DNA of 59,653 nt from Nemertoderma westbladi (Eukaryota; Animalia; Xenacoelomorpha): contig JAUCBJ010000260.1 of NCBI GenBank assembly GCA_032718475.1, positions 1-59,653 of the forward strand, written 5' to 3'. The notes under the pieces were generated by a model, which was not told where the DNA came from, did not search any database, and saw only the letters and a program-made list of their open reading frames with translations. The position numbers and the translations under genes were made by a program. Shown in pieces: positions 58,418 to 59,653 of the stretch; position 1 is the stretch's first letter; each line of letters opens with the position of its first letter.

Positions 58418-59059
58418 ATTTACATACTTGTGTTTAAAGTAGCACTTTACAGAGTGATGATCCGAGTGGCTTTGTTACACACAAATGAACGTTAGTTAGT
58501 GAGTGACAATAAGGCTACGCACGAGGATCAGAACACTGTAAAGTACTGTAAAGAACACTGCAACAAGTATGTATGTAGTTTTATTCCAAAATTTTAACAT
58601 TACGAAATGATTGTATATATATTATAAGCGATAGAAACTGCACAAATTAAATTAGTTGTTGTATAAATAAATGTAAAAATGACATAAATTATGTTGTAAA
58701 TAAGTTAGCTTATATTTATGGTGGCGTTTGGAGCCATGTTATAATAATATAGCTAGGCCCTACTGGTTATTAATAGCTATACCCCGCCTACCGGTAGGTA
58801 ATGCAGTAGGCCTATCAGGCCTGTCAGGCAAATTTCTACCTATTGTTTACGTGGTATACAATGACGGCGTTAAGTAATGTCCCCTTAGTGGACATTACTT
58901 AACGCCATCAATGGTTACCACGTAAACAATAACTCCAAATACAATACTAAATGTACAGGCCAATACAATGCTGTAATGTCCTCTAAAGTTGTAAAGTGCT
59001 AAATAACAACTCGCTGTTAATACTAACGGCGTTGAGTAATGTTACAATTTTGGAATAAA
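58418..59059. mobile_element. Partial second copy of the long-TIR element at 29856, without the SINE
   Basis: Collinear with 29856-~30750; right arm largely deleted. Confidence 0.8.
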
Positions 59060-59653
59060 GGCATTAAATAATGCATGAAGAATGTAAACAATATACGCAC
59101 AGTAGATATGCTAAGTTTTAGAGCAACAGTTAAAGCAATTAATGTTAATTGTAAGCATTCCAGAATATCTAATTACGAATAATTTTGGGACATATCCAGC
59201 TCCATATGTTAAAATGTAGCTACAGTAATTACAGTATAATAATTAATTGGTACAATTAATATAATAGTGTGATATAATATATTGTGAATAATTCTATCAA
59301 ATTGTTATGTCCGGTGGTCCAGGACCACCGTCCGCTGGTCCAGGACTACACTGAATGCATGCACTGCAAAACCTCATAGCAATCAGGATGACATGGTAGC
59401 TCTGGTAATTGAATAACATCATTGTTATCGGATTTGTTAAGATGACACTGCTATCAAGTATAATGGCATTGGAAATAGATGGACATTTGTAGCAATCTCA
59501 GCAGAAAGAAATTCAGCCAATGCATCACTTGGGATGTAGGAAATTCTGCTAAGCACATTTGCACTTCAGACCCTAAACAACATCGAATCTATCAATTCCA
59601 GGGTCGGGTCATAATTGCAACATTTGATGGGAATCCCAAAACTTCAAACCAAT

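Overview
AT-rich, repeat-dense animal genomic DNA (probably an invertebrate; taxon not identifiable from sequence). It holds one host gene and many nested transposons. The host gene is a two-exon DEG/ENaC channel on the minus strand (20151-17876, about 679 aa) with two LDL-receptor class A repeats in its extracellular loop. The main feature is a very young 18.6-kb BEL/Pao LTR retrotransposon (33569-52183; 1187-bp near-identical LTRs; CCAAC target duplication) with two unusual traits. First, it has no tRNA-type primer-binding site: the 13 nt right after the 5' LTR are exactly complementary to a 13-mer inside the LTR, enclosed by a U5-leader duplex, which looks like Tf1-style self-priming. Second, the env position holds a 1417-aa ORF with no obvious envelope features, containing a DEDDy-type (WRN/EXD/MUT-7/Egalitarian-like) 3'-5' exonuclease domain and three CCHC knuckles. 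A deleted relative of this element fills 1-11118. The rest comprises several LINE fragments, a tRNA-SINE sharing a structured 3' tail with a neighbouring LINE, Harbinger-, hAT- and Merlin-like non-autonomous elements, a DD38E Tc1-like element inside a probable solo LTR, and a 16-bp minisatellite. All calls were made by eye, without database searches.
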